Source: Candidatus Latescibacterota bacterium
GTDB lineage: Bacteria > Latescibacterota > UBA2968 > GCA-2709665
NCBI GenBank assembly: GCA_965248435.1
Contig: OZ252100.1
Span: 4,672,001-4,736,000 of the forward strand
Reading direction: 5' to 3'
Length of the DNA: 64,000 nt
Positions within the stretch are counted from its first letter, which is position 1, and each line of letters begins with the position of its first letter. This document shows, piece after piece, positions 42,775-52,226 of this stretch. A program made the position numbers and the translations under genes. The notes under the pieces were generated by a model. The model ran no database searches, had not been told where the DNA came from, and saw only the letters and a list, made by a program, of their open reading frames with translations.

Positions 42775-43701
42775 GTGACACGTGAAGAACTGAAGAAACT
42801 GATCAGGGGTACGCCCGCGACAATCCCGACCGCGTTCGATGACAACATGCAGCTGGACCTGGCGAGACAGAAAGACCTGTCCCAATGGTGGGTGAAGAAC
42901 GGTCTTGGCACAGACGTCGCAGCCCTGAAGGTCGCCGCAGCGATGGGGGAAGGGGCGGAGCTGGCTGACGAAGAGCTGCCCAAGGTACTTCGCGCCGTAG
43001 TCGACGGGGCGGGCAAGGATGCAACGGTTATCTGCGCGCTCAAGTCCAAGAACACGCTGGCCACGATCGAAGACGCAAAGATGGCGCAGGATATGGGTGC
43101 GATCGGACTTCAGATCGAGCTGCCGTTTCATCACAAACCTGTTCAGGACGACTTCGTTCGCTACTACACGGACATTTCCGACGCGATCGACATCGGCATC
43201 ATGATCTACAACACCTTCTGGTTCGGCTGCCAGTCGCTGACCGCCGATACGATTCTCCGGCTGGGCGACGCTGAGCACGTCGTAGCGATCAAGTGGGCGG
43301 TGCCCGAAGGACAGGACTACGATGAGATGACCCGGTTCAGCGACACCTTCAACGTGATCGATAACTCCGGGCAGTGCGTGCGATGCCACAAGAATGGGGG
43401 CCGGGGCTACATCAGTGCGACGATCCCGGCCTATCCCAAGTTCGATCTTGATCTTTTCCAGATGCTGGAGGCGAAACAGTACGACGAAGCTCAGACCCTC
43501 TACAGCCGCGCCATAGGAACACTCGCCGAGTGGATGCAGAAGACCCAGGCTCATTCTGGAGGAATGAGGCAGTTCAAGGCGATGATGACCGTGGTCGGCC
43601 AGCCAGCCGGACCGCCGCGTCCGCCTACGCTTCCGATCGAGGATGAGGAACTTGCGGAGCTCAAAGGATTATTCGGTGAGCTGAACTGGCCTGTAGCATA
43701 A
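42775..43701 (+). CDS. DapA/NAL-family aldolase-lyase (tandem paralog)
   Basis: Same motifs; highly similar to 41720-42649. Confidence 0.87.
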   Translation: MTREELKKLIRGTPATIPTAFDDNMQLDLARQKDLSQWWVKNGLGTDVAALKVAAAMGEGAELADEELPKVLRAVVDGAGKDATVICALKSKNTLATIEDAKMAQDMGAIGLQIELPFHHKPVQDDFVRYYTDISDAIDIGIMIYNTFWFGCQSLTADTILRLGDAEHVVAIKWAVPEGQDYDEMTRFSDTFNVIDNSGQCVRCHKNGGRGYISATIPAYPKFDLDLFQMLEAKQYDEAQTLYSRAIGTLAEWMQKTQAHSGGMRQFKAMMTVVGQPAGPPRPPTLPIEDEELAELKGLFGELNWPVA

Positions 43702-43781
43702 GTCCGTAAATCGTGGATCGTGGTTCGCAAACCATTTCACCCGTATAGGCGCAGAGAAGATCCTTTGGTACAGGGCATACG

Positions 43782-44654
43782 ATGATCGGTCTGGTGGCGT
43801 TCGATCTGGACGGTACGGTCCTGACCGCAAAAAACGAGGCTTCCGAGACATCGCTGGATGCGATTCGGGCGCTCGTCAAGCGGGGGATTGTCGTCGCATC
43901 GATCAGCGGGAGGAACGTGGGAAACAGCCAGAGGCCTTTTGCTGCGGATCCCGAACTGGCCAGGAATTTTTACTTTGGATGCTACAACGGATCTGTCGTC
44001 CTGAGCTCTGAGACGAATGGACGAAGGGAACTGCTGCACGAAGAACGACTTCCCGGGGAGATTTTTCGGGAAGCCATAGACTACATCGATAGACGACAAC
44101 TCAGCTTCATTTACTGCGGCTGTGAGATAGGGTCGGAGAACATACAGGAAACTTATATAGCAGACCGCAACTCTGAGTCTGTTGAAGCGCTGGTGGAACT
44201 CGTTGGACTCGATATGGCCTGCGATGAGAGATTGATTTCGAGAATCAGGAAAAAGGAACTGCGTCCGCCCCCCAAGCTGATCGTCCTTCCTGGAACGGAA
44301 AACCGGGACCAGATCCTGGGTGAAATGCAGGAGGTATTCGCAGATCGTGCCTACTTGTCTGCGACAGGAGAGGATCGGCTCGAACTCATGCACAGGAATG
44401 TGAACAAAGGTGTTGCGCTGCAGACCGTTGCGGAGGTTTGCGGCGTATCGATCGATGAGACTCTGGCGGTCGGCGATGGTGACAACGACCTCCCGATGCT
44501 GCAGAAAGCGGGGGTAGGTGTGCTCCTCGAGAGCGCCGACGAGGCGACGCTCCGAGCGGCGAGGGACTCAGGGATTCACCTGGGTGAATCATTTGAAGCA
44601 GAGGGATTTGCGAAGGCCGTCCTGCATTACGCATTGAGCGAGAAGACTGACTGA
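43782..44654 (+). CDS. Cof-type HAD-IIB hydrolase
   Basis: AFDLDGT, SGR, NKG, GDGDND. Confidence 0.88.
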   Translation: MIGLVAFDLDGTVLTAKNEASETSLDAIRALVKRGIVVASISGRNVGNSQRPFAADPELARNFYFGCYNGSVVLSSETNGRRELLHEERLPGEIFREAIDYIDRRQLSFIYCGCEIGSENIQETYIADRNSESVEALVELVGLDMACDERLISRIRKKELRPPPKLIVLPGTENRDQILGEMQEVFADRAYLSATGEDRLELMHRNVNKGVALQTVAEVCGVSIDETLAVGDGDNDLPMLQKAGVGVLLESADEATLRAARDSGIHLGESFEAEGFAKAVLHYALSEKTD

Positions 44655-44674
44655 GGGGCGGGTCGGGCAAACGC

Positions 44675-44703
44675 TGGACACGGCGCGCCGCTCTTGTTAC
44701 AAT
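44675..44703 (+). promoter_or_regulatory. Putative sigma70 promoter TGGACA-17-TACAAT (extended -10)
   Basis: tggaca 44675-44680; tgt-tacaat ending 44703, upstream of the third aldolase. Confidence 0.5.
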
Positions 44704-44748
44704 GAATGCGGTTATCTGATAGGAAGGATAGAACCCAAAGGAGGAAAC

Positions 44749-45684
44749 ATGATCCCAGTAGAAGAGCTGAGAAAACGCTGGCAGGGCGTCGTGATTCCAC
44801 TGGTCACGCCCTTCAAAGAGGACGGGTCCATGGACCTGCCGGCCCTGGAGAGCAATGTCCAGTGGTTGATCGATAAAGGGGCCCGCGCCGGCAACTCGGT
44901 GCTGCTCGCCGTCGGATCGGGAGGCGATTTTACCTCGATGAGGGTAGAAGAGCGGAAAGAGGCCATCAAAACAGTATGCGAGGTGGCGAAAGGCAAAGTG
45001 CCCGTTATGGCGAGTGGGCAGAGCACGGATATCCGGGACTGCATCGAGATTTGTCAGCACGGAGAAGCGGTGGGGATGGATGCGGTGCAGCTCGCGGGCC
45101 ACTACTTCTACGACGGTCGCCCCGGAGATACCCTGGCCTGGTTCAAGGAGGTTGCCCGCAACACCGATATCGGCTTTGCCGTGTACAACCATTTCTATTC
45201 CGGTGCACACTTCGACATGCCGCTGGAGCTGATCGATGAGGTCCTTGACATCCCCAACAGCATCGCGGTCAAGTGGGGAGCGGCCGACGTCGCCAAATTC
45301 ATGGCAGGGGTGCAGCGGTTCAACTCGAGGGCGGTGGTGGTGGATAATGCCTTCCTTCCGCAGATTTCCTACATGCTCGGAGTCCGGTGTCACATAAGCC
45401 ACATCCCCAACTTCTACCCGGAGCATTCCTGGGGTGTGCACGAGCTTCTCGTGGCGGGCAAATACGAAGAGGCCAAGCGGGAATGGGACCGGTGCGCTCA
45501 ACCCTGGCTGAAATTGACTGCCGAAGTGAGGGCTCAGACAGCGGCGGAGGGGGTCTTCGTCCGACCTGCGATGGATGCAGCTGGACTGAAGGGAGGCTAC
45601 TCGCGTCTGCCGTCACGGGATGAAGTCGTGACGCCGGAACTTCGCGAGGGCTACAAAAAGATGTTGGCCGAATTCCAGGGATAG
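44749..45684 (+). CDS. DapA/NAL-family aldolase-lyase
   Basis: LVTPF, GSGGD, AVYN, AVKW. Confidence 0.85.
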   Translation: MIPVEELRKRWQGVVIPLVTPFKEDGSMDLPALESNVQWLIDKGARAGNSVLLAVGSGGDFTSMRVEERKEAIKTVCEVAKGKVPVMASGQSTDIRDCIEICQHGEAVGMDAVQLAGHYFYDGRPGDTLAWFKEVARNTDIGFAVYNHFYSGAHFDMPLELIDEVLDIPNSIAVKWGAADVAKFMAGVQRFNSRAVVVDNAFLPQISYMLGVRCHISHIPNFYPEHSWGVHELLVAGKYEEAKREWDRCAQPWLKLTAEVRAQTAAEGVFVRPAMDAAGLKGGYSRLPSRDEVVTPELREGYKKMLAEFQG

Positions 45685-45711
45685 GTGGACTTCAGAAAAG
45701 GAGCTGTTTAC

Positions 45712-46644
45712 ATGACTCGAGATGAGGTGAGAAAACTGATGCAGGGCCCGATGGCCACCGTCGTGACGCCGTTCGACGACGATTACGAAGTCGACCACGG
45801 GCGGATGGCGGAGGCGGTGAGGTATTATGTAGACGGTGGCCTGGTGACCGGCAAGGCGGTAATCAAGGTGGCTGCGGCCATGGGCGAAGGGCCGATGCTT
45901 TGCGATGATGAATGGCCCGCGCTCCTGCGGACGGCCGTGCAGGCTGCAGAGGGCAAGGCCACCATTATGTGTGGAATTCATTACAAAGACACCAAGCGCA
46001 CGATCGAAGACTGCAAACGGGTCTCGGATCTGGGAGCGATCGGTGTGCAGATCAATCCACCGATCTTTAACGCGCCGACGCAGGATGACATCGTACGCTA
46101 CTTCGGGGATGTCTCGGATGCGATTGATATCGGGATTCTGCTCTATAACACCCACTGGCTCGGCTATGGCAACGTGCTCCCGGAGACGATTCTGAAGATG
46201 AAGGATTTCAAGCAGCTCGCGGGGATCAAGTGGAGCGTGCCCGAGGGGCAGGACTACGAGGATATGACCAAATTCGTCGATATTTTCAACGTGATCGACA
46301 ACAGCAGTCAGGCGGCGCGCTGCCATAAACTGGGCGGGCGGGGCTACATCAATCTGACCTCTGAGATCTATCCGCCGCACGAACTGCGCGTCTGGGAACT
46401 GCTGGAGACCAAGCAGTACGACCAAGGGCAGGCCCTGTTCGACAAGGTCAACGATCCTCTGCGTGATCTGTATGCCAAACAGTGCGAGATATCGGGTGGG
46501 CAGGCTCGATTGAAGAAGGTGATGATGGCCATCATGGGCATGCCGATGGGGGCCTCCCGGCCGCCGTCCATGCCGCTGAGCGAGGAGGAAGTCGCCGAAG
46601 TTCGGGAGGTGATGATCGGTTTCGGCTGGCCTGTTAAGAATTAA
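45712..46644 (+). CDS. DapA/NAL-family aldolase-lyase
   Basis: VTPF, AAAMGE, LYN, GIKW. Confidence 0.87.
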   Translation: MTRDEVRKLMQGPMATVVTPFDDDYEVDHGRMAEAVRYYVDGGLVTGKAVIKVAAAMGEGPMLCDDEWPALLRTAVQAAEGKATIMCGIHYKDTKRTIEDCKRVSDLGAIGVQINPPIFNAPTQDDIVRYFGDVSDAIDIGILLYNTHWLGYGNVLPETILKMKDFKQLAGIKWSVPEGQDYEDMTKFVDIFNVIDNSSQAARCHKLGGRGYINLTSEIYPPHELRVWELLETKQYDQGQALFDKVNDPLRDLYAKQCEISGGQARLKKVMMAIMGMPMGASRPPSMPLSEEEVAEVREVMIGFGWPVKN

Positions 46645-46739
46645 CGGGTACCGGGATAGGTAGATAGGTTACAGAGACCTGACGGTTTGGGGGCGACGCC
46701 TGCGTCGCCCCGGGAAACCAAAACACGGGTACCGGGTAC
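46645..46739. repeat. 95-bp composite repeat, copy A
   Basis: 90/95 identical to 55884-55978; contains the ggggcgacgcctgcgtcgcccc hairpin and the aaaacacgggtaccgg motif. Confidence 0.92.
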
Positions 46740-46770
46740 CGTAAGAAGAAGAAATGATCTTCCCCCTTTA

Positions 46771-47532
46771 TCAAAGGGGGATTGAGGGGGATTTATCGGG
46801 CGTTTTAGAAGGAAGGTCGGCGCTGCTGGAGAGGATGTGTTCCTTCATCGCGTGTTGGGCACGCTGGGCATCGCCACTTCGAATCGCTTGAAAGATCGTG
46901 TGGTGTTCCTGCAAGGACAGCTTTGTTCGCTTTACCACCTCGGGGATCGGGCGCGCCAGCGTTTCCTTGATCCACTCGTGGAGATAGCCCCTCGTCATAC
47001 TCAACAGGCTGTAAAGGATCGTGTTCTGCGTCGCCTGGGCGATCAGGAGGTGGAATTCCAGGTCGCATTCCAGGAATCGATCCGGATTCTCCAGCAGGTC
47101 TTCCATCGTTTCCAGGTTTTGCGCTACCATTGAGAGATTTTCCTTGGTGCAGCGTTGCGCTGCCAGGCTTGCATTCTCTGATTCCAGAATGAGCCGGGTT
47201 TCCATCAGATCCTGCACCCTTTTTGAATCCAGCAACAGACCCCACTGAAGCGTTTTTTCCATATACCGGCTGCTGTTGTTGGCGACAAAGGTGCCTTCTC
47301 CCACCCGGCCTTCCAGGATTCCCATTACCGAAAGAGAGCGCAGGGCCTCACGAAGGGACGTGCGTCCGACGCCGAATCTCTTGCAGAGGTCCCTTTCACC
47401 CGGAAGCCGCTCGCCGGGCTTGAGCACATCCCGGGAGATCAATTCGATGATCTGCTCCACGATCTCGTCACTCAGGGACCTGCGGTTGACGGGCCGCATC
47501 TCTTCGAAGGCGGCGTTTCTTCCAAGGGTCAT
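46771..47532 (-). CDS. FadR/GntR family transcriptional regulator
   Basis: LPGERDL...GVGRTSLREAL wHTH; FCD domain DLEFH, EHH. Confidence 0.93.
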   Translation of the reverse strand: MTLGRNAAFEEMRPVNRRSLSDEIVEQIIELISRDVLKPGERLPGERDLCKRFGVGRTSLREALRSLSVMGILEGRVGEGTFVANNSSRYMEKTLQWGLLLDSKRVQDLMETRLILESENASLAAQRCTKENLSMVAQNLETMEDLLENPDRFLECDLEFHLLIAQATQNTILYSLLSMTRGYLHEWIKETLARPIPEVVKRTKLSLQEHHTIFQAIRSGDAQRAQHAMKEHILSSSADLPSKTPDKSPSIPL

Positions 47533-47676
47533 CGGTAAGACCTCGATCCAGAGAACCTTTTCATATTACAGCATAATATGTTGTTATTAAACAATATATA
47601 TCAAAATGGGTGGGAGACCCGGCCGTAACGCTGAATTTTTCCTTGCAATTGAAGAAATTATGGTTATCATTATGCC

Positions 47677-47691
47677 GATGGTCTGACCATC
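47677..47691. promoter_or_regulatory. FadR-type operator
   Basis: gatggtctgaccatc palindrome (TGGT-N3-ACCA) just downstream of ttgcaa-16-tatcat, upstream of the corrinoid operon. Confidence 0.75.
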
Positions 47692-47756
47692 AACATAATA
47701 TAAGATTAGACAATTTCATCTCCGGTGTCAAGCGGAATCAAGTGGGAGGATAAGGC

Positions 47757-48395
47757 ATGGGACAGACCCTGGATATCGGGACTCGGGTCGAGCTGGTCCC
47801 GATGGACCCGCATTTTCACGAGATGACGATTTCGCTCTACCGTCAAGCAAGAGAGAGCGGACCGGCATATCTGCTGCATACCTACAGCAGATTGGAGGGG
47901 GCCGACGGTCGCCTCCAGGCTGTGAAGAAGGGGATGATTACCCTGGGAGGCGTGGAAGAAGATCCGGAAAGAGAGTTGCTGCGCTTTCCCTGCGGGACGG
48001 GACACGAATTCGCCTGCAGACGGCTTTTCCTGGAGTCGTGCAAATCGGACCCAAAAGGGCCGGTTGAGGTCCGACCTTTGACGACCCTGGATAAGAAGTC
48101 GGGCCTGGACATCCGAGTGGTCAGTCTGGGGGACGGCGCTTACCAGGTCACCGCAGACGGCGACCACGAGGACAAAGATCGTCGCGTTTCGGTCATCGTC
48201 AACGGCCTCAGGAAATTGGGTGAAATGCTGGGCGTAGAAGGGAGCCCTGACCAGGTGGCCTTTCCCTGCGGTCGCTCACACGATGCCCTGGTCGGCCTGC
48301 TGCTCGTACGGGCTCCAAACGTGCGCGCGATCGTCAGGGAGCAGGAGATGGCATCGGCTCGAGGCGTTCTGGCGGCTCCGAGTCAACAAGAATGA
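47757..48395 (+). CDS. Hypothetical protein with duplicated FPCGxxH motif
   Basis: FPCGTGH and FPCGRSH; first gene of the operon; RBS ggagg. Confidence 0.75.
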   Translation: MGQTLDIGTRVELVPMDPHFHEMTISLYRQARESGPAYLLHTYSRLEGADGRLQAVKKGMITLGGVEEDPERELLRFPCGTGHEFACRRLFLESCKSDPKGPVEVRPLTTLDKKSGLDIRVVSLGDGAYQVTADGDHEDKDRRVSVIVNGLRKLGEMLGVEGSPDQVAFPCGRSHDALVGLLLVRAPNVRAIVREQEMASARGVLAAPSQQE

Positions 48396-48443
48396 AGTTG
48401 CATTCAGAAGTGGAAAACAAGCCTAGCCTTTGAGGAGATAACC

Positions 48444-49493
48444 GTGGAAAATCAGGCAGTAGGACCCATGACCGGACGCGAGCGCGTCCTTGCAGCTCTG
48501 CGAAGAGAGCCGGTGGATCGTACAGCCGTCTGCAACCCGACGTCTGTCGCGACGGTCGAACTGATGGACCTGGTAGACGCCCCCTTCCCGCAGGCCAACC
48601 GGGAGCCTGAGCTGATGGCCAGGCTGGCCGCGACCGGATATACGGAACTGGGGTTCGATACGATCATGCCGGTCTTCACGATTATACAGGAGTCTTCTGC
48701 ACTGGGGTGCAGGATCCAGTGGGAACAAAAGGACAACTGGCCGACCGTCAAGATGCGGGAACCGATCTGGGAAGATGTGGATGATATCAAGATCCCGTCG
48801 GACTTTCTGACGCATCAGGATACGCAGTGTGTCCTGGAGGCGATCAAGATTCTCAAGAAGGAGTATGGGGATGAAGTGGCCGTGATCGGCAAGACGATGG
48901 GGCCCTGGTCGTTGGGTTATCACTGCTTCGGCGTCGAGCCCTTTCTCCTGATGTCACTGGATGATCCGGACAAGACTAAGGCCTGTCTGGACAGGATGAA
49001 GAAGGCGACGGTCGATTTCGGCGTGGCTCAGATCGAGGCAGGGGCAGATGCCCTGACGCTGCCCGATCACGCGACTGGTGACCTCGTCAGCGGCGAATAT
49101 TACGAACGGTATCTTCGTGAGCTACACATCGAGTTCGTAGATCAGATTCCGATTCCCTTGATCCTTCATATCTGCGGGAGGACCGTAGATCGGATGGAAT
49201 ACATCGCGCAGACCGGGATGGCTGCCTTTCACTACGATTCCAAAAACAAACCGGACGAGTCGATGGAAGTCATGAAGAATCGGATTTCTCTGGTCGGGAA
49301 CATCAACAATCCGGAGACGCTGTTCTCAAAAGGTCCGGATGTTGTGAGGCAGGAAGTCTACAAGAACCTGGATTCTGGCGTCCAGCTTGTCGGCCCGGAA
49401 TGCGCGATCCCGCTCCAGACCACAATCGAGAACTTGAAGGAGATTCCCAAAGCGGTGAGGGACTGGCACAAGGAGCACGTCTCCAAGAACTAG
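48444..49493 (+). CDS. MtaA/CmuA-family methyltransferase (UroD fold)
   Basis: MTGRERVLAALRREPVDR, LHICG (HxC) and GPEC Zn ligands. Confidence 0.88.
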   Translation: MENQAVGPMTGRERVLAALRREPVDRTAVCNPTSVATVELMDLVDAPFPQANREPELMARLAATGYTELGFDTIMPVFTIIQESSALGCRIQWEQKDNWPTVKMREPIWEDVDDIKIPSDFLTHQDTQCVLEAIKILKKEYGDEVAVIGKTMGPWSLGYHCFGVEPFLLMSLDDPDKTKACLDRMKKATVDFGVAQIEAGADALTLPDHATGDLVSGEYYERYLRELHIEFVDQIPIPLILHICGRTVDRMEYIAQTGMAAFHYDSKNKPDESMEVMKNRISLVGNINNPETLFSKGPDVVRQEVYKNLDSGVQLVGPECAIPLQTTIENLKEIPKAVRDWHKEHVSKN

Positions 49494-49527
49494 TGGATTC
49501 ATCCATCCCGGAGGGTTTGAGATCGCC

Positions 49528-50292
49528 ATGGCAGAACTAGCTGACATAAAAAACGAATTTATTCGGAACGAGGTCGAAGAGTTCATCGAGCGCCCTGATG
49601 AGATCGAGCGAATGGTCAATACCTTTGCAAGGGTCAGCCCGGAAATGCAGAACATCGCGGCCGCGCTGATAGACGGAGCCAACCATACTGTAGATCAGCT
49701 GACGAAAGAGGCGCTCGATGCGGGTACGGAGGCGTTGGAGGTCATGGACGACGGCCTCATAGCGGGGATGGGCATCGTGGGGATCAAGTTTCGCGAGAAT
49801 TTCATATTCGTCCCCGAGGTCCTGGCTTGCGCCCGTGCCATGAAGGCCGGGATGGCCTACATCGAGCCGATTCTGTCCGCTTCGGGGGTGGAGCCGATCG
49901 GAACCGTGATCATGGGTACGGTGAAGGGGGACCTGCACGACATCGGCAAGAATCTCTGCATTATGATGCTGAGGGGTTCCGGATTCGTCGTCCACGACCT
50001 CAGCGTAGACACCTCGGAGGATGAATTCATAGAGGCGGTGGAAGAACACAAGGCCCCGCTCATGGGGATGTCCGCCCTATTGACGACGACCATGCCCAAC
50101 ATGGGAAAGACAATCGAGGCATTTATCGACGCAGACCTTCGTGATGATGTGAAGATCATGGTGGGCGGCGCGCCGGTCACCCAGGAGTTTGCAGACGACA
50201 TGGGCGCTGATGGATATGGAAAAGATGCCATGGCGTGCGTGGAACTGGCCAAACGACTGATGGCAGAGCATAAAGCGGAAGTGGGATCGTAG
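49528..50292 (+). CDS. Cobalamin-binding corrinoid protein (MtbC/MetH cap + B12 domain)
   Basis: GDLHDIGKN (DxHxxG), SALLTTT, VGGAPVT. Confidence 0.95.
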   Translation: MAELADIKNEFIRNEVEEFIERPDEIERMVNTFARVSPEMQNIAAALIDGANHTVDQLTKEALDAGTEALEVMDDGLIAGMGIVGIKFRENFIFVPEVLACARAMKAGMAYIEPILSASGVEPIGTVIMGTVKGDLHDIGKNLCIMMLRGSGFVVHDLSVDTSEDEFIEAVEEHKAPLMGMSALLTTTMPNMGKTIEAFIDADLRDDVKIMVGGAPVTQEFADDMGADGYGKDAMACVELAKRLMAEHKAEVGS

Positions 50293-50601
50293 GTGAAAAA
50301 GATCGACAAGGAAGAATATCAGAAGCGGCTGGATAAAATCACCGAGCTGTTCTCGGACATGGTCCAGCACGCGGATGAATTGTCCACCCACCGGTGTCCT
50401 TATAAGAATCGGTTTGACGAGTGCACTGCGAAGTTCGGGTGCAGGAACCAGCGTAAACCCAGCGAGGATGCGAAACTGCTGCTCTGTGTAGGGGACGACA
50501 AACTGGATTACCGGAGCGCCTGGGAGACTGACCCGGCGGACGAAGCGGACATTTGGCTAAGGAATAAGCCGTCAGATGGGGACGATATCTCACGTCGGTG
50601 A
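50293..50601 (+). CDS. Small Cys-containing hypothetical protein
   Basis: RCPYKNRFDECTAKFGCRNQ...LC; abuts or overlaps both neighbours. Confidence 0.7.
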   Translation: MKKIDKEEYQKRLDKITELFSDMVQHADELSTHRCPYKNRFDECTAKFGCRNQRKPSEDAKLLLCVGDDKLDYRSAWETDPADEADIWLRNKPSDGDDISRR

Positions 50602-52225
50602 AACCCGTGAACTGACGCCCGGGAAGACGGTCTTCGACTATGCAGACGATCTTATCGTCCAGGTCCCGACTTCCTGCGGCAGAACCGGACACTGCCACGA
50701 GTGCGTCGTGGAAATCAAGAAGGGCATGGATGCGCTCTGCCCACGGACCGAGGCCGAGTCTTTCCTGAAGGAAGAATTCCGCCTGGCCTGCCAGGCAGAA
50801 ATCCAGGATATCGAGGCCGACGTCGAATTCTCACCGCTCCGCAGAACCCCCAAAATCCTCACGGTTTCAAACGAAAAAGCGGTAGAACTGGATCCCGTGG
50901 TCACTCGCCAGGGTGAATCCGTCTGTTATGACGGGGAAGTGATCGACAAGTTCCGTGGGCATATCTATGGCCTGGCGATCGATCTCGGCACTACGACTGT
51001 GGTCATGGATCTGATGGACCTGGAAACAGGCGAGAGCATCCACACGAGTTCGTTTCTGAATCCTCAGGCATTCGGGGGAAGCGATGTTATGCATCGCATA
51101 TCCTACGACGGCGGGGAATTCCGGGGCGAGCTCCAAAAGGCGATCGTGAGTACTGTGAACCGCGAGATTGAGGCGATGGGTGAAAGTCTCGGTTTCGTTC
51201 GCCAGGAGATCTACGAAGTCGTCGTCGTGGGGAACTCGACGATGCGCGATATCCTGTTCAAACTGGACGTCCAGAGCATCGGCCAAAGGCCCTATAAATC
51301 GACGATCGAGCACGAATATCTCGAAGGCAAACGCGAGACGACCTCGCTCCTTCAGGGCACGCGCCGGCTGGGCCTGCGCGCCAATCCGAAGGCGAAGGCA
51401 TACGGCTTGTCCCTTATCGCCAGCCACGTGGGGGGTGACGTGGCCGCGGATCTCGCGGCCATAGACATGGAGAAGCAGCGGGATGTCGTTATGCTGGTGG
51501 ATGTGGGAACGAACACAGAAGTCGTCCTCGGACACGCGGGCCGGATGATGGCGGCCTCGTGTCCGGCCGGACCCGCTTTTGAGGGCGGGCTCATCAAGTA
51601 CGGCATGCCCGGGTTCGAAGGGGCGATCGAGTCGATTCGGCTCGGAAAAGACAATCATTTCGACTATCAGACGATTGGAGATTTGGAACCGCAGGGGATT
51701 TGCGGGTCTGGGTTGATTGACCTGCTGGCGGAACTTCGACGCAGCGACGGCATGTCGCCGAAAGGCGTCTTTGCGGACAAGGCCTATGAACTGACCATCG
51801 TTCCCGACTACGGCATCACCTTCTCCCGGGAGGATGCGAGCAACCTCGCACAGGCAAAGGCGGCCAACTACTGCGGCCAGTTTATCGTGATGCGGAACTT
51901 TGGTGTGGATCCGTCGGAGATAAGCAGGCTCTATCTCGCGGGCGGGTTTGCAAACTATGTGGATGTTCCTAATGCGATCGAGATCGGTTTCCTGGCGCCG
52001 GTTCCAGAGGACCGGATTGTCAAAGTAGGGAACGCGGCCCTGCAGGGGGCGAGGGAGGTCCTGCTTTCGCGACGAAGAAGGGAGGCCATCGAGCGTCTTG
52101 TAAAAGAGATCGAACATATCGAGCTGGAGACGACGCCCGATTTTTTCGAGGTGTTCGTAGAAGCCTGTCAGTTCAAACCGATGCCGGAAAAACTCACACC
52201 GAGCGCAATGGCGGTGAGCAACTAG
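50576..52225 (+). CDS. ATP-dependent reductive activator of corrinoid proteins (RACo/RamA, ASKHA + 2Fe-2S)
   Basis: SCGRTGHCHEC..RLACQ; IDLGTTT; DVGTN; AGPAFEG; GICGSG. Confidence 0.92.
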   Translation: MGTISHVGETRELTPGKTVFDYADDLIVQVPTSCGRTGHCHECVVEIKKGMDALCPRTEAESFLKEEFRLACQAEIQDIEADVEFSPLRRTPKILTVSNEKAVELDPVVTRQGESVCYDGEVIDKFRGHIYGLAIDLGTTTVVMDLMDLETGESIHTSSFLNPQAFGGSDVMHRISYDGGEFRGELQKAIVSTVNREIEAMGESLGFVRQEIYEVVVVGNSTMRDILFKLDVQSIGQRPYKSTIEHEYLEGKRETTSLLQGTRRLGLRANPKAKAYGLSLIASHVGGDVAADLAAIDMEKQRDVVMLVDVGTNTEVVLGHAGRMMAASCPAGPAFEGGLIKYGMPGFEGAIESIRLGKDNHFDYQTIGDLEPQGICGSGLIDLLAELRRSDGMSPKGVFADKAYELTIVPDYGITFSREDASNLAQAKAANYCGQFIVMRNFGVDPSEISRLYLAGGFANYVDVPNAIEIGFLAPVPEDRIVKVGNAALQGAREVLLSRRRREAIERLVKEIEHIELETTPDFFEVFVEACQFKPMPEKLTPSAMAVSN

Positions 52226-52226
52226 A

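Noticed and set aside
48444-49493. Uroporphyrinogen decarboxylase HemE or a methanogenesis marker
   Set aside because: The HxC…C Zn motif and corrinoid context indicate a methyltransferase; the context is bacterial and no mcr or CoM genes are present.
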